In this document: positions 1 to 9,775 of the stretch, one piece after another
Position numbering within the stretch: the stretch's first letter is position 1
Layout: the number at the start of each line of letters is the position of its first letter
Source: a bacterium
GTDB taxonomy: Bacteria > BMS3Abin14
Direction: 5' to 3'
Length of the DNA stretch: 64,000 nucleotides
Assembly (NCBI GenBank): GCA_020350725.1
Contig: CP070719.1
Coordinates: forward strand, 1,515,404 to 1,579,403
Position numbers and translations under genes: made by a program
Notes under the pieces: model-generated
Databases searched by the model: none
The model's input: only the letters and a program-made list of their open reading frames with translations
What the model was told of the DNA's origin: nothing

Positions 1-96
1 AGCGTCTCCCCCGAGGAGATCGAGAAAAAGACCCGCCGGATAGTCTACGAGAACGAATACACCGTGCTGCCCAGTCCGCCTCCCCGCAAGAAGAAG

Positions 97-1368
97 ATGG
101 ACATCAACGAGGAGTCCATTGACCTCCACCACCGCTACCAGGGGGTTCTTGAGATCAAGGTAAAAGTGCCCATCAAGGATGAATTTATCCTTAACCGCCT
201 CTACCTTCCCCCGGAGGCCGCCGAAGCAAGCATCCTGCTTTCGAAGGAGCCCGACAGAGTCTACGACCTGACCTGCAAGAGCAACCTCGTCGCCATCGTA
301 TCCGACGGGAGCGCGGTCCTGGGTCTGGGCAACATCGGACCCCGCGCGGCCATACCGGTCATGGAGGGCAAAGCCATTCTCTTTCACACCTTCGCCGGAG
401 TGGAGGCATTCCCGGTCTGCATCTGCACGCAGGATGTGGACGAGATCGTCGACCTCGTCAAGGCCATTTCGCCCACGTTCGGGGGAGTCAATCTGGAGGA
501 TATCTCAGCTCCAAGGTGCTTCGAGATCGAGGAGAGGCTGAAAAAGGAGACCGACATCCCCATCTTTCACGACGATCAGCACGGTACGGCCGTCGTCGTC
601 CTCGCCGGGCTCATCAACGCACTGAAGATTACCGGCAGGGAGCTGTCCAAGGTCAGGATCGTCATATGCGGAGCCGGAGCGGCCGGGATTGCGGTGGCCA
701 AACTCCTCCTGATCGCCGGTGTCGGGGACATCATCCTCTGCGACATAGGCGGTACCCTTTACAGGGGAAGGAAGGAGGGGATGAACCGGGTCCAGGAGGA
801 GATGGCCGAGATCACCAACAAGGACCTGGTCAAGGGCGATCTCGCCACGGCCATGAAGGGAGTGGACGTGTTCATGGGATTGTCCGCGCCGGGTATCGTG
901 AGCCGGGAGATGGTCAGGAGCATGGCCCCGGATCCCATTGTGTTCGCCATGGCCAACCCGGTACCCGAGATCATGCCGGATGAAGCCAGATCCGGAGGCG
1001 CCGCGATCGTGGTGACCGGCAGGTCGGACTTTCCCAACCAGGTTAACAACAGCATGGTCTTCCCGGGTATCTTCAGGGGGGCCCTGGACGTCAGGGCCAG
1101 GAATATCAACGAGGAGATGAAGATGGCCGCCGCCCACGCCATAGCCGACTTTATCGACGACGGTGACCTCAGGCCTGATTACATCATACCCAGCACAATG
1201 AATTTCAAGGTGCCGCCCCAAGTGGCTGCAGCAGTGGCGAAAGCCGCCGTTGAGACGGGTGAGGCGAGGATCAAAGTGGCACCGGAAGATGTCGCCGCTC
1301 AAACCCTCGAATACCTATACGAAGGCCACATGCGCTATTTCAAGGGGAGGATAGAGTCCGGGAGGTAG
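97..1368 (+). CDS. NAD(P)-dependent malic enzyme (short form, no PTA domain)
   Basis: ORF 64..1368; [22 protein letters not shown]-terminus and [20 protein letters not shown] / GAGAAGIA motifs typical of malic enzymes; ATG 97 preferred over GTG 64; frame stays open back to window start. Confidence 0.85.
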   Translation: MDINEESIDLHHRYQGVLEIKVKVPIKDEFILNRLYLPPEAAEASILLSKEPDRVYDLTCKSNLVAIVSDGSAVLGLGNIGPRAAIPVMEGKAILFHTFAGVEAFPVCICTQDVDEIVDLVKAISPTFGGVNLEDISAPRCFEIEERLKKETDIPIFHDDQHGTAVVVLAGLINALKITGRELSKVRIVICGAGAAGIAVAKLLLIAGVGDIILCDIGGTLYRGRKEGMNRVQEEMAEITNKDLVKGDLATAMKGVDVFMGLSAPGIVSREMVRSMAPDPIVFAMANPVPEIMPDEARSGGAAIVVTGRSDFPNQVNNSMVFPGIFRGALDVRARNINEEMKMAAAHAIADFIDDGDLRPDYIIPSTMNFKVPPQVAAAVAKAAVETGEARIKVAPEDVAAQTLEYLYEGHMRYFKGRIESGR

Positions 1369-1641
1369 GCCGCGGGCGCCGAGGCGGGGCCGGAGAGTCC
1401 AGGGTCCGGAATCCGGGTTCCGGTGGCTGATGCATGGCTCCCTGTAAAGTAATGGTTACATTTAAGAACAGGGACCTGGAAATCAGGAAAGCGGTGATCT
1501 CGATGCACCGTACGGGGAGCAGCAGTTTGTAAGGTATGACCGTTCATTGCTGACTTGATCTCCCTTTGATCTCCTCTTTGGCCCTCTGCGGTGCGAGTCG
1601 AGGAGAGTGGCCTCTGTTTTCCCTGTGGGCAAAGTTTTTCA

Positions 1642-3096
1642 ATGTGGATTTTGGAACCTGGAATCGGGAATTTGGAACCGAGCGCTAAGTTAGACAGAAA
1701 AAACCGCACCAGAATAAGACAGATCGTCGGCCCAGACCACTGCTCGGACAGCAGTGAGGATCTGTTCCTGTATGCCTACGACGCCCTGAACCGGCGCTAT
1801 CTTCCCGACATGGTGGTCCATCCCGGCAGCGCTCGGGAGATCTCGGAGCTCCTCAAGCTGGCCAACGAGGCTCGTTTTCCCGTGGTTCCCCGGGGAGCCG
1901 GCACCGGTTTGACCGGCGGATCCCTCGCCGTGGACGGCGGCCTGGTGGTCACCACCAGGCGACTGGACAGGATCCTTGACATCGACAGGGACAACATGAC
2001 GGTCTGGTGTGAGGCGGGGGTGGTGAACGGCGATCTCCAGGCCGAAGTGGAAAAGGAGGGTCTCTTCTTCCCGCCCGATCCGGCCAGCATGAAGTTCTCC
2101 ACCATCGGCGGCAACGCGGCCGAGAACGCCGGCGGGCCGAGGGCGGTCAAATACGGGGTGACCAGGGACTACGTCATGGCTCTGGAGGTTGTCCTGCCCA
2201 CAGGGGAGATCCTTCACACCGGGTCTTCAGCCATCAAGAGCGTCACCGGATACGATCTGACCAGGCTCATGGTGGGATCCGAGGGGACCCTGGGGTTCAT
2301 CACCAGGCTCCTTCTCCGGCTGGTCCCCAAACCGGAGACCGTCAGGGCCATGCTGACCGTCTTTCCTGAGACCCGAATGGCCTCCAATACCGTGGCCCGC
2401 ATCATGTCCAGCCGGATCGTCCCCTCAACCCTGGAGTTCATGGACAGGTCCGCCATCGACTGCGTCAAGAACTACCTGGACATTGAGCTGCCTGACGATG
2501 CCGCGGCGCTGCTGCTCATCGAGGTCGACGGCCGAGCCACCTCCGTGACCGAGCAGATGGCGACCATCCAGTCGATCTGCCGGGAGGTGGGGGCAAACCT
2601 GGTCCGGGCGGCGGATTCGGAGGAGGAGAGGGAGTCGCTGTGGACCGCCAGGCGGTCCCTGTCGCCGGCCATAATGAAGATACGCCCCCTTAAGATCAAC
2701 GAGGACGTGGCGGTGCCGAGGATGAAGATCCCCGAGCTGATCGAGGGTGTTGAGGAGATCGCCAGGTGCCGGGACCTGATCATCGTCAACTTCGGGCACG
2801 CCGGCGACGGCAACGTCCACGTCAATCTCCTTGTCGACCCGGAGGATCGTGATGAAGTGGCCAGGGCCCACAGCGCCGTGGAGGACCTGTTCAGGCTGGT
2901 GGTTTCCCTGGGCGGCTCCCTGTCCGGCGAGCACGGCATCGGTATCGCCAAGGCTCCCTATCTGGCTATCGAGCTGGACGAGACCATGATCTCCGTCATG
3001 AGACGCATCAAGGGTGCCCTGGACCCCAACAACATCCTCAATCCCCACAAGACCTTCGATTTCGATCCCTCCGTCACCTCCAGGGAGTTCAGGTAG
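1642..3096 (+). CDS. glcD: FAD-binding oxidase, GlcD / D-lactate dehydrogenase family
   Basis: PRGAGTGLTGG, GGNAAENAGG FAD-oxidase motifs; start uncertain (ATG 1642 or TTG about 1670) because a GGA-heptamer array overlaps the 5' end. Confidence 0.8.
   Translation: MWILEPGIGNLEPSAKLDRKNRTRIRQIVGPDHCSDSSEDLFLYAYDALNRRYLPDMVVHPGSAREISELLKLANEARFPVVPRGAGTGLTGGSLAVDGGLVVTTRRLDRILDIDRDNMTVWCEAGVVNGDLQAEVEKEGLFFPPDPASMKFSTIGGNAAENAGGPRAVKYGVTRDYVMALEVVLPTGEILHTGSSAIKSVTGYDLTRLMVGSEGTLGFITRLLLRLVPKPETVRAMLTVFPETRMASNTVARIMSSRIVPSTLEFMDRSAIDCVKNYLDIELPDDAAALLLIEVDGRATSVTEQMATIQSICREVGANLVRAADSEEERESLWTARRSLSPAIMKIRPLKINEDVAVPRMKIPELIEGVEEIARCRDLIIVNFGHAGDGNVHVNLLVDPEDRDEVARAHSAVEDLFRLVVSLGGSLSGEHGIGIAKAPYLAIELDETMISVMRRIKGALDPNNILNPHKTFDFDPSVTSREFR
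1646..1680 (+). repeat. heptamer tandem array GGAWYYN x5 (ggatttt ggaacct ggaatcg ggaattt ggaaccg)
   Basis: direct 7-bp periodicity read from sequence. Confidence 0.7.
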
Positions 3097-3100
3097 ACAG

Positions 3101-4498
3101 ATGCCCAAGAGCAAGGACCATCGCCTGCCGACCAATATCTCCTCGAAGTGCGTCAAGTGCGGCACCTGCCACTCCGTATGTCCGGTGTTCGATGCCGTCC
3201 CCACGGAATCCCACACGGCGAGGGGGAAGATGGCCCTCATCGAGGCAGTGGCCCAGGGTCGTCTGGAGGAGTCGGAACGTTACCGGGATTACCTGGAGGC
3301 CTGTCTTCTCTGCGGGGCCTGTCAGGAGGCCTGCCCCAACGAGGTCCCGACCCTGGCGGCGATGCTCGAGGCGAGGGAGAGCCTGGCCGGCAGGATGGGG
3401 CTCAAGACAGGCAAGGGGATGATCCTCAACCACCTCCTGGCGACGGCGCGGGGGTTCCGACTGGCCATGAGGACCGGCCGGGCCGTGCAGGGCCTGATGT
3501 TCAGGAGGATCCCCGAGTCCAGCGGCCTGAGACGAAGGTTCCCTCTTCCCCTCATCCCGGAGGATCGGACCATTCCCGGCGTGGCCAGGGACTTCTTCAC
3601 CGATCTCTATACCGGTACGGTCAGGACGGGCAGCGGGCCGCGGGTGGGGATCTTCGCCGGCTGCATGACGAACTACTTCTATCCCGAGACCGGTGCGGAC
3701 ATGGTGGATCTTCTCGGCATGCTCGGGGCCACGGTGGTGGTCCCCGAGGGCCAGGTGTGCTGCGGCATGCCGGCCCTGGCAGGAGGGGCCAGGGACACCG
3801 TCCGCGATCTGGCCATGCAGAACCTGGAGGCCTTCGAGGAATACGACCTGGACGCCATCGTCACCGGCTGCGCCTCCTGCGGGGGAAATCTCAAGGACAA
3901 CTTCCGGGCTCTTCTCGCCGAAGCCGGTGCGTCTGAACCCCGTATCGAGGCCTTTCTGTCGAAAGTCATGGACATCAACGAGTACCTGGCCCGAATGGGG
4001 CTTCCCTCCCGGACGGGTGAGGGGGCGGATGAAGAGGCCGGCCGGGAACCCCTGACGGTCACCTACCACCATCCCTGCCACCTGGGCAGGCTCCAGGGGG
4101 TCAAGGAGGAGCCTGTCCGGCTTATCCAGGCGCTGCCGGGGGTGCGGTACGTGCCCATGGAGGAGGCCGACCGATGCTGCGGCATGGGTGGGTCGTTCAG
4201 CATCGAGAACTACGACATCAGCAAACGGATCAACGACCGGAAGGTGGACCGGATCCTGGAGACGGGGGCGCAGGCGGTGGTGACTTCCTGTCCGGCCTGC
4301 ATCCTCCACATCCGGGACGGCCTTCGACGGAGGGGACGGGCGGACGTGGAGGTCCATCACGTGGCGGAGCTGATCACCAGGCGGATGGAGGAGGAAGAAG
4401 TGGAAAGTGGAAAGGAGAAAGGGGAAAGCGGACGCGGGGACGCGGAGACACGGGGGCGGGGGGAAGAGGTATCCTGCGAGGGGGAGAGAGGCGGATAG
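3101..4498 (+). CDS. Fe-S oxidoreductase subunit (GlcF/LutA-like: 2x[4Fe-4S] + two CCG domains)
   Basis: CVKCGTCHSVCP and CLLCGACQEACP ferredoxin motifs; CCGMPALAGG and CCGMGGSF CCG motifs; ATG 3101 with stop of glcD at 3096; C-terminal 35 aa low-complexity tail encoded by a heptamer array. Confidence 0.8.
   Translation: MPKSKDHRLPTNISSKCVKCGTCHSVCPVFDAVPTESHTARGKMALIEAVAQGRLEESERYRDYLEACLLCGACQEACPNEVPTLAAMLEARESLAGRMGLKTGKGMILNHLLATARGFRLAMRTGRAVQGLMFRRIPESSGLRRRFPLPLIPEDRTIPGVARDFFTDLYTGTVRTGSGPRVGIFAGCMTNYFYPETGADMVDLLGMLGATVVVPEGQVCCGMPALAGGARDTVRDLAMQNLEAFEEYDLDAIVTGCASCGGNLKDNFRALLAEAGASEPRIEAFLSKVMDINEYLARMGLPSRTGEGADEEAGREPLTVTYHHPCHLGRLQGVKEEPVRLIQALPGVRYVPMEEADRCCGMGGSFSIENYDISKRINDRKVDRILETGAQAVVTSCPACILHIRDGLRRRGRADVEVHHVAELITRRMEEEEVESGKEKGESGRGDAETRGRGEEVSCEGERGG
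4400..4427 (+). repeat. heptamer array GNGGAAA x4 inside 3' end of FeS-subunit gene
   Basis: gtggaaa gtggaaa ggagaaa ggggaaa; produces Glu/Gly/Lys-rich tail. Confidence 0.6.
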
Positions 4499-4628
4499 GG
4501 CGAGGGGACGAAAGGGCGAGAAGGTGACGCGGAGTCGAAGTGAGAGACCCACAGGCCCCTTCGACGTTATCCAGGTGCTAAACCTGCCGTACAGCATGCT
4601 GAGGGTTCAACTCTTTGTCCATGAGCCT

Positions 4629-4656
4629 TGAATACTGAATCCTGAATACTGACTCC
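4629..4656 (+). repeat. heptamer array TGAATMC x4
   Basis: tgaatac tgaatcc tgaatac tgactcc. Confidence 0.55.
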
Positions 4657-4755
4657 CTTCTGCTCTTTCAGATGTCAAAACCTTCTCCCCAGATCCGAGA
4701 TTCAAGACTCCTAAGCCTTGAACCTTTTCCCTTTCACCTCGATCCCCCCTCTCCC

Positions 4756-4784
4756 TTGACAAAGCCGGGTGCGGGTGTTAGGTA
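4756..4784 (+). promoter_or_regulatory. sigma70-like promoter TTGACA-N17-TAGGTA for tRNA-fMet
   Basis: perfect -35, 17-bp spacer, weak -10, 7-14 nt before mature tRNA 5' end. Confidence 0.35.
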
Positions 4785-4797
4785 AGAACTCCTTTGA

Positions 4798-4874
<77 letters not shown>

Positions 4875-4885
4875 AAATTCAATAA

Positions 4886-4916
4886 GCCTCCCACAGAGGG
4901 AGGCTTTTTATTTTTC
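4886..4916 (+). terminator. rho-independent terminator
   Basis: GCCTCCC-acaga-GGGAGGC followed by TTTTTATTTTTT. Confidence 0.7.
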
Positions 4917-4946
4917 CCACGTCGAAGCGACAGCCAAGTCGGACAT

Positions 4947-4970
4947 AAAAGCCCTCTTGGGAGGGCTTTT
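4947..4970. terminator. second (bidirectional-type) terminator hairpin
   Basis: AAAAGCCCTC-ttgg-GAGGGCTTTT. Confidence 0.55.
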
Positions 4971-5046
4971 ATCAATGTTCCGAACCCGGTCTTTAAAGTC
5001 CCACATCAGAACTCAAAACTGAAAAGCCGGCAAAAAGCCCTCATGA

Positions 5047-5125
5047 TGCGGGGTAGGATCGCGGAGGAAATCCCGTCTGTCGTTGGGCACGGAACCCCAG
5101 CTCGATTCCAGCTGCCGGCCACTGG
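5047..5125 (+). pseudogene. decayed tRNA-fMet-like copy (pseudo-tRNA)
   Basis: TGCGGGGT(A/G)G 5' end, TCGTTGGGC and GGGCnnnnAACCCCA anticodon-arm remnant, CAGCTcgattcCAGCTG T-arm-like hairpin; acceptor 3' strand and anticodon destroyed. Confidence 0.4.
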
Positions 5126-5350
5126 CTCTCCGTTCCCCAGGAAAGTATCGACGGGACCTGTGGAATCGTCTCGATCCCTGGCGGGCTGAGCGCCAAAACA
5201 TCCCGACCTCCGTTTCGTCGCGCCATCCTGTTCGCATCGTGGGGCAGAACACTGCGCACCCCCCTTCGCACCACCCTCCCATACCTCCTGGTAAAGAAGA
5301 AAATGCGATTGATTTCAATCAAGTAAGTGGAATTGCGCTCGACTGTTCCG

Positions 5351-5366
5351 TGGCACGGTCCTTGTA
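5351..5366 (+). promoter_or_regulatory. sigma54-type promoter TGGCACG-N4-TTGTA
   Basis: 7/7 match to -24 element, -12 TTGC with one mismatch; 45 bp upstream of ATG 5412, strong SD AAGGAGG in between. Confidence 0.4.
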
Positions 5367-5411
5367 AACAACCAGGTAAAGGGGACACCGAGGAGAGCAA
5401 AGGAGGACCGG

Positions 5412-6074
5412 ATGTCATCGGTAAATATCCTGGGCAACGCAAGGGGACTGATCCGAGCCCGCCTCCTGCTCTTTCAGCTGTGGACGTGGCGGCTGACGGT
5501 GGAGGGGCGCGAAGCATTCGACACGCTGGTGAGGAACGGGGACCGGTTCATCCTCTGCTTCTGGCATGGAAAGTACACTCCCATCCTGCCCATCATGAGA
5601 GGTTTCGACGGCTGTGTGTTCACGAGCGCCACCAGAAAAGGGGACATCATCGCCAGCATCGTCCGCAATTTTGGTTTCAGGTGCACCCAGATACCGGACC
5701 GCGGCGGACAGAGATCGATGCAGCTTATGAAGGACGCCCTCTCGGAGGCCAGGGCGGCCGGAACAGCCGTGGACGGTCCTCTTGGGCCTTACCATCGCGT
5801 CAAGCATGGGGTCGTCCGGCTCGCGTCCGAGCTCGGTTATCTCCTTTTGCCGATCTCGGTGGATGCCCGTGGTAAATGGGTTCTGGAGAAGCGATGGGAC
5901 CTGATGGAGATTCCTTACCCTTTCACCCGGGTCTGCCTCGTCATCGGCGAACCGATCGCGGTCCCTTCCCTCCTCGGGCCGGAAGGTATCGCTGCCTGGT
6001 CTTCCAGGCTCGGAAAGGCCCTGGATTCACTGGATGCGAGGGCCGCAAGACTGGTCCGGGAAAAGAGGAGGTGA
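5412..6074 (+). CDS. DUF374 / lysophospholipid-acyltransferase-like protein
   Basis: 220 aa; FWHGKY...GDIIASIV...DGPLGP pattern typical of DUF374 proteins found beside Kdo-transferase/lipid genes. Confidence 0.65.
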   Translation: MSSVNILGNARGLIRARLLLFQLWTWRLTVEGREAFDTLVRNGDRFILCFWHGKYTPILPIMRGFDGCVFTSATRKGDIIASIVRNFGFRCTQIPDRGGQRSMQLMKDALSEARAAGTAVDGPLGPYHRVKHGVVRLASELGYLLLPISVDARGKWVLEKRWDLMEIPYPFTRVCLVIGEPIAVPSLLGPEGIAAWSSRLGKALDSLDARAARLVREKRR

Positions 6075-6099
6075 ACAGGCCTTTTCCGACCGGAGTGCC

Positions 6100-7182
6100 A
6101 TGGATATGTCCGCCCGACAGAAGCACTTATCCCGGATGAAAAGCCCGGACCTTCCGGTGCGGATGCCGTTGTATCTCGCCATGGCCGGGATCTTCTTCGT
6201 CCTTTCCATCCTGACGATCTATCTCCTGCAGAGATATTTTCTCGAGAGCCGGATCCTGCTCGACTCAAGACTTCTCTCCCCCGGCGTCTTGACAGGTCTG
6301 GTCCTTCTCCTCCCCCTCTACTACCTTACCGACGGATTGAGACTCTACCTGGTTGTCAGGGCCATGGGTTACATCGTTTCTTTCCGGTTCATCATGAGGC
6401 TTGTTTTCGTGAACATCTTCTTCTCCAACGCGACCCCCATGGCGACGGGAGGCGGATTCATTCAGATCTATTTTCTGACCAGAAATGGTATCTCCATCGG
6501 CGAGGCCACCGCGGCAACCTCCATCAGGACCCTGTTCGCGGCCCTCAGCATGTTAACCCTTGCCCCTGTTTTCTTTTTCCTGGAACCGAACCTCTTCGAT
6601 CCCTTCCGCGACGGCAGGGTTTACGTATACTTCGTCGGCGTTGCCGGTCTTTACCTCACCCTGGTCTTCCTCGTCCTCTTCAGGGTCAGACTGTTCAAGG
6701 CTCTCCTCTATCGTTTGATGCGCTTCTTCCACCGGAGCGGGATCCTGTCGCGCAGGTGCTTCCGGAGGGTCTTTCTCAGGCTGTCCAGGGAAATGGGTTT
6801 TTTCTCGGAGGGATTCCGGCGCTTTGTTAAAGGTCCACCCCTATGCGTCCTCGGGGCTTTCCTCAGCACATGCCTCTTCCTGTTATCCCTCTTCTCCTTT
6901 TCGGTCGTCCTGATTAAAGGTCTCCAGTACGAGGTCCCGGCAGTGACCATATTCGCTATTCAGTCGGTGGTGACATTTTTTATGTATTTCACGCCCACGC
7001 CGGGGGCCGTGGGATTCGCCGAGAGCTCATATATGCTCCTCTTCTCAAAACTCGTCGGCCAGCATGATATCACCCTGTTGACCATTTCCTGGAGGTTCCT
7101 GACGATCTACATAGGGGTTCTGATAGGCATATTGGTCGCCTACCGTGAGATGTTCAGGGCCTGCATGAGGAGGCCGGGATGA
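6100..7182 (+). CDS. flippase-like integral membrane protein (UPF0104 / LPG-synthase TM domain family)
   Basis: about 8 predicted TM helices, Arg-rich loops; ATG 6100 chosen to avoid overlap with upstream gene. Confidence 0.6.
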   Translation: MDMSARQKHLSRMKSPDLPVRMPLYLAMAGIFFVLSILTIYLLQRYFLESRILLDSRLLSPGVLTGLVLLLPLYYLTDGLRLYLVVRAMGYIVSFRFIMRLVFVNIFFSNATPMATGGGFIQIYFLTRNGISIGEATAATSIRTLFAALSMLTLAPVFFFLEPNLFDPFRDGRVYVYFVGVAGLYLTLVFLVLFRVRLFKALLYRLMRFFHRSGILSRRCFRRVFLRLSREMGFFSEGFRRFVKGPPLCVLGAFLSTCLFLLSLFSFSVVLIKGLQYEVPAVTIFAIQSVVTFFMYFTPTPGAVGFAESSYMLLFSKLVGQHDITLLTISWRFLTIYIGVLIGILVAYREMFRACMRRPG

Positions 7183-9485
7183 GCCGGAAACGAAAATACA
7201 GGGTACTCCTGACCACCATTCTTCTCCTGTGGACCCTGCTCGCCGGATACCGGGGGTATCTCCACCTCTTCGAAGAGGATTATTCGGGAATGAACGCCGT
7301 CAACCAGGGACACATTCAGACCAGGCTATATGGCAGGGACAGGTTCAGCTTTGCGGTGATAGGCAACGTGAGGAGTTCGATGAAGATATTCGACAGGAGG
7401 ATTGCCCCCCTGCTCAGGCAGGAGAAGGTCGACTTCATCATCTCGGCCGGCAACGCCGTGAACGGCGGTACGGAGGCGGAATATCGCCTCCTCAACCGCG
7501 GGTTTGGCCGATCGAAACTGCCATACATATTGGGCGTTGGTGTGAGAGAGGTGAAAAATTCCGGAACGGGGCGGTTCTACCGGCATTTCGGTCCCCTGTT
7601 CTTTACCATGGACGCAGGGGAGGCCTCCTTTATCTTCCTTGATTCAACGGGCGTGACGAACTGGGATTGGCAGGGGCATTGGCTGGAAGAGCAACTGAAG
7701 CGGACGGCGGGCGCGCGGTTCCGGTTCGCATTTCTGGACCACTCTGTCCTCGAGCCGTCCGATCCCGGGGGAGTCCGGTCCGAAAGGACCCTCGAGCCGG
7801 AGAAGGCCCGCTATCTCCAGGACCTTTTCGGAAGGTATGGGATCACCTGCGCGTTCTCGTCAGGACGCGGTGTCTATGGTCGACAAAGATCGCTCGGCGT
7901 GGAGTACGTGACGGTTGGTCCCGCCGGGGGGCTGATCCTCGGTGAAAGGGAGGAACGGTACCAGGTTTTCAGGGTTGACGTTTTCCCCGACCGTGTCGCC
8001 TTCTCCAACGTTGAGGTTCCCAGCAGGACGGGTCTCCTTGCCTACAGGATGGAAACCCTCGGCTACTTTCTCACCTCTTTCTTCCACATCAGCTTCGGAA
8101 AGTTCCTGTTGGTCCTGGGCCTCATCGGCCTGGCTGCCCTGAAGGTCTATTCCCAGATCGTCCGTCAGGAAAGACTCTACAGGGATTTCGATCTGGACGA
8201 GAACCGGATAACCAGCGAGCCGGTGCGGGTGGCCACCTTCACCGACAACTACCTCCCTTACATAGGCGGTGTCCCCATTTCGATCCGGCGCCTCAGTCAG
8301 GGACTCCTGGACAGGGGATCGGCAGTAAAGATCTTCGCACCTTCCTACGGCAACGGTTGTTCGGAGAAGGACAACGGCAACGTCTACCGCTGCCGGACCT
8401 TCTTTCTGGGGAAAAGGAATCGTTTGCCCGTCACGGACATCTTTTCAAAAAAGCTGGAGGAGGAGATGGACCGTTTCAAGCCGGACCTTGTCCACGTCCA
8501 CCATCCCTATTGGCTCGGCAACAAGGGCAGGAAGCTTGCTCGGAAGTTCGGCCTCCCCGTGGTGTTCACCTTTCACACGCGCCTGGACAAATACGTGCAC
8601 AATATCGCCCTGCCGGGCAACGCTCTCATGGAGACCGTTGCCCACTGCCTGATCAGGAGGTTTGCCAACAGGTGTGATGCCGTCATCGCGCCCTCTTTTT
8701 CCACGGAGGAGTATCTGAGAAGACTGGGGGTCCTCACCACGATCGAGTCCATCCCAACGGGCATAGAGATCGGGGAATACACCCTCTGTTGCCCCGATGA
8801 GGTCATGGATTTCAGGCGCCGTTACGCCGATGATTCCGAAAAACTCCTGATCAGCGTCTGCAGGATGGCCAGGGAGAAGAACCTCGACTTCCTGATCGAC
8901 GGGGTGGCGAAGGTCAGAGAGAAGACGTCGGTGCCCTTCCGGTGCATCCTGGTGGGAGACGGTCCCGAGAGGGCCCGTCTCGAAAGAAGGGCTGCCGGGA
9001 CCGGCATGGGCGGCAGGATCATCTTCACCGGGTCGCTGGAAACGCGTGACGTGGTCCTCGCCTACCTTGCTTCAGATCTCTTCGTGTTCGCCTCGACATC
9101 GGAAACACAGGGCATGGTTCTGCTTGAGGCCATGGCCGGAGGGTGCCCTGTGGTGGCCGTCAGCGCGAGCGGTGTCTACGACGTCGTGGAAGACGGCTTC
9201 AACGGTTTCAAGGTGCCCGGGGATGTGGATACCTGGGCGGAGGCGGTTGTCCTTCTTCTGGAAAACGGTCAGCTGGTCGATACCCTTTCCCGCAACAGCA
9301 GGGAATTCGCCGAAAATTATTCCGAAGACTGGATTACCGAGAGGGTCCTCAGGCTATACCGCCGGACTTTGCTCGTCAAGCAGGGTAGCAGAAGGGGGGC
9401 CTCCGATATGGGAATGACACCGAAATCGGGCGAAGAAAAGGTGAAAGACAGGGGACCGTGTCCCGAATGGCTGGGCCATGGATGA
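7179..9485 (+). CDS. fusion protein: N-terminal calcineurin-like phosphoesterase-like domain (catalytic motifs degenerate) - TM helix - C-terminal GT4 glycosyltransferase
   Basis: 768 aa; ATGA overlap with upstream gene; C-terminal half has GT4 (GT-B) features incl. EX7E-like FASTSETQGMVLLEAMAGGCPVVA; N-terminal FAVIGN...FIISAGNAVNGG resembles MPP motifs with Asp/His replaced. Confidence 0.7.
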   Translation: MSRKRKYRVLLTTILLLWTLLAGYRGYLHLFEEDYSGMNAVNQGHIQTRLYGRDRFSFAVIGNVRSSMKIFDRRIAPLLRQEKVDFIISAGNAVNGGTEAEYRLLNRGFGRSKLPYILGVGVREVKNSGTGRFYRHFGPLFFTMDAGEASFIFLDSTGVTNWDWQGHWLEEQLKRTAGARFRFAFLDHSVLEPSDPGGVRSERTLEPEKARYLQDLFGRYGITCAFSSGRGVYGRQRSLGVEYVTVGPAGGLILGEREERYQVFRVDVFPDRVAFSNVEVPSRTGLLAYRMETLGYFLTSFFHISFGKFLLVLGLIGLAALKVYSQIVRQERLYRDFDLDENRITSEPVRVATFTDNYLPYIGGVPISIRRLSQGLLDRGSAVKIFAPSYGNGCSEKDNGNVYRCRTFFLGKRNRLPVTDIFSKKLEEEMDRFKPDLVHVHHPYWLGNKGRKLARKFGLPVVFTFHTRLDKYVHNIALPGNALMETVAHCLIRRFANRCDAVIAPSFSTEEYLRRLGVLTTIESIPTGIEIGEYTLCCPDEVMDFRRRYADDSEKLLISVCRMAREKNLDFLIDGVAKVREKTSVPFRCILVGDGPERARLERRAAGTGMGGRIIFTGSLETRDVVLAYLASDLFVFASTSETQGMVLLEAMAGGCPVVAVSASGVYDVVEDGFNGFKVPGDVDTWAEAVVLLLENGQLVDTLSRNSREFAENYSEDWITERVLRLYRRTLLVKQGSRRGASDMGMTPKSGEEKVKDRGPCPEWLGHG

Positions 9486-9564
9486 CGCCCGCCGGTTTTC
9501 ACGGTGCGACCCCCTGCCCGGCTGGCCACCTCCCGACAATCCCTCTCACCCCCTTTTCGTCTGT

Positions 9565-9620
9565 CCCTTTACCCTTTATCCTTTACCCTTTTCCCTTTCT
9601 CCTTTAACCTTTCCCCTTTC
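9565..9620 (+). repeat. heptamer tandem array YCCTTTN x8
   Basis: ccctttA ccctttA tcctttA cccttTT ccctttC tcctttA acctttC ccctttC. Confidence 0.8.
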
Positions 9621-9775
9621 CCCTGTGTATTCAGCAAGGCGCCGGACCCCGGCAGGGGAATTGTGTCGAAGGGGTTGAAAATAGTGAAAGGATAGCTAAA
9701 CTATAATCGAATCAGTTGGCCGATGTAACTCTCGAGTTCTCAAGAACGAGCTCTTTCAGAAGGGAGGTATTGTAC

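Noticed and set aside
1-96. Open in-frame extension of the malic enzyme ORF to the window edge (SVSPEEIEKKTRR...)
   Set aside because: Malic enzyme homology begins at MDINEES (97). The upstream open frame is most likely chance or the tail of a neighbouring gene in another frame (TAG at about 41-43 in frame 2), not a fusion.
5013-5875. Several 90-180-aa ORFs in the region after the tRNA and antisense to the DUF374 gene
   Set aside because: They overlap the tRNA-like remnant and the sense gene, with low-complexity products. Judged spurious.
9478-9695. Short ORFs 9478..9678 and 9504..9695 across the CCTTT array
   Set aside because: Proline/Leu/Phe-rich translations come directly from the pyrimidine repeat, with no start context.
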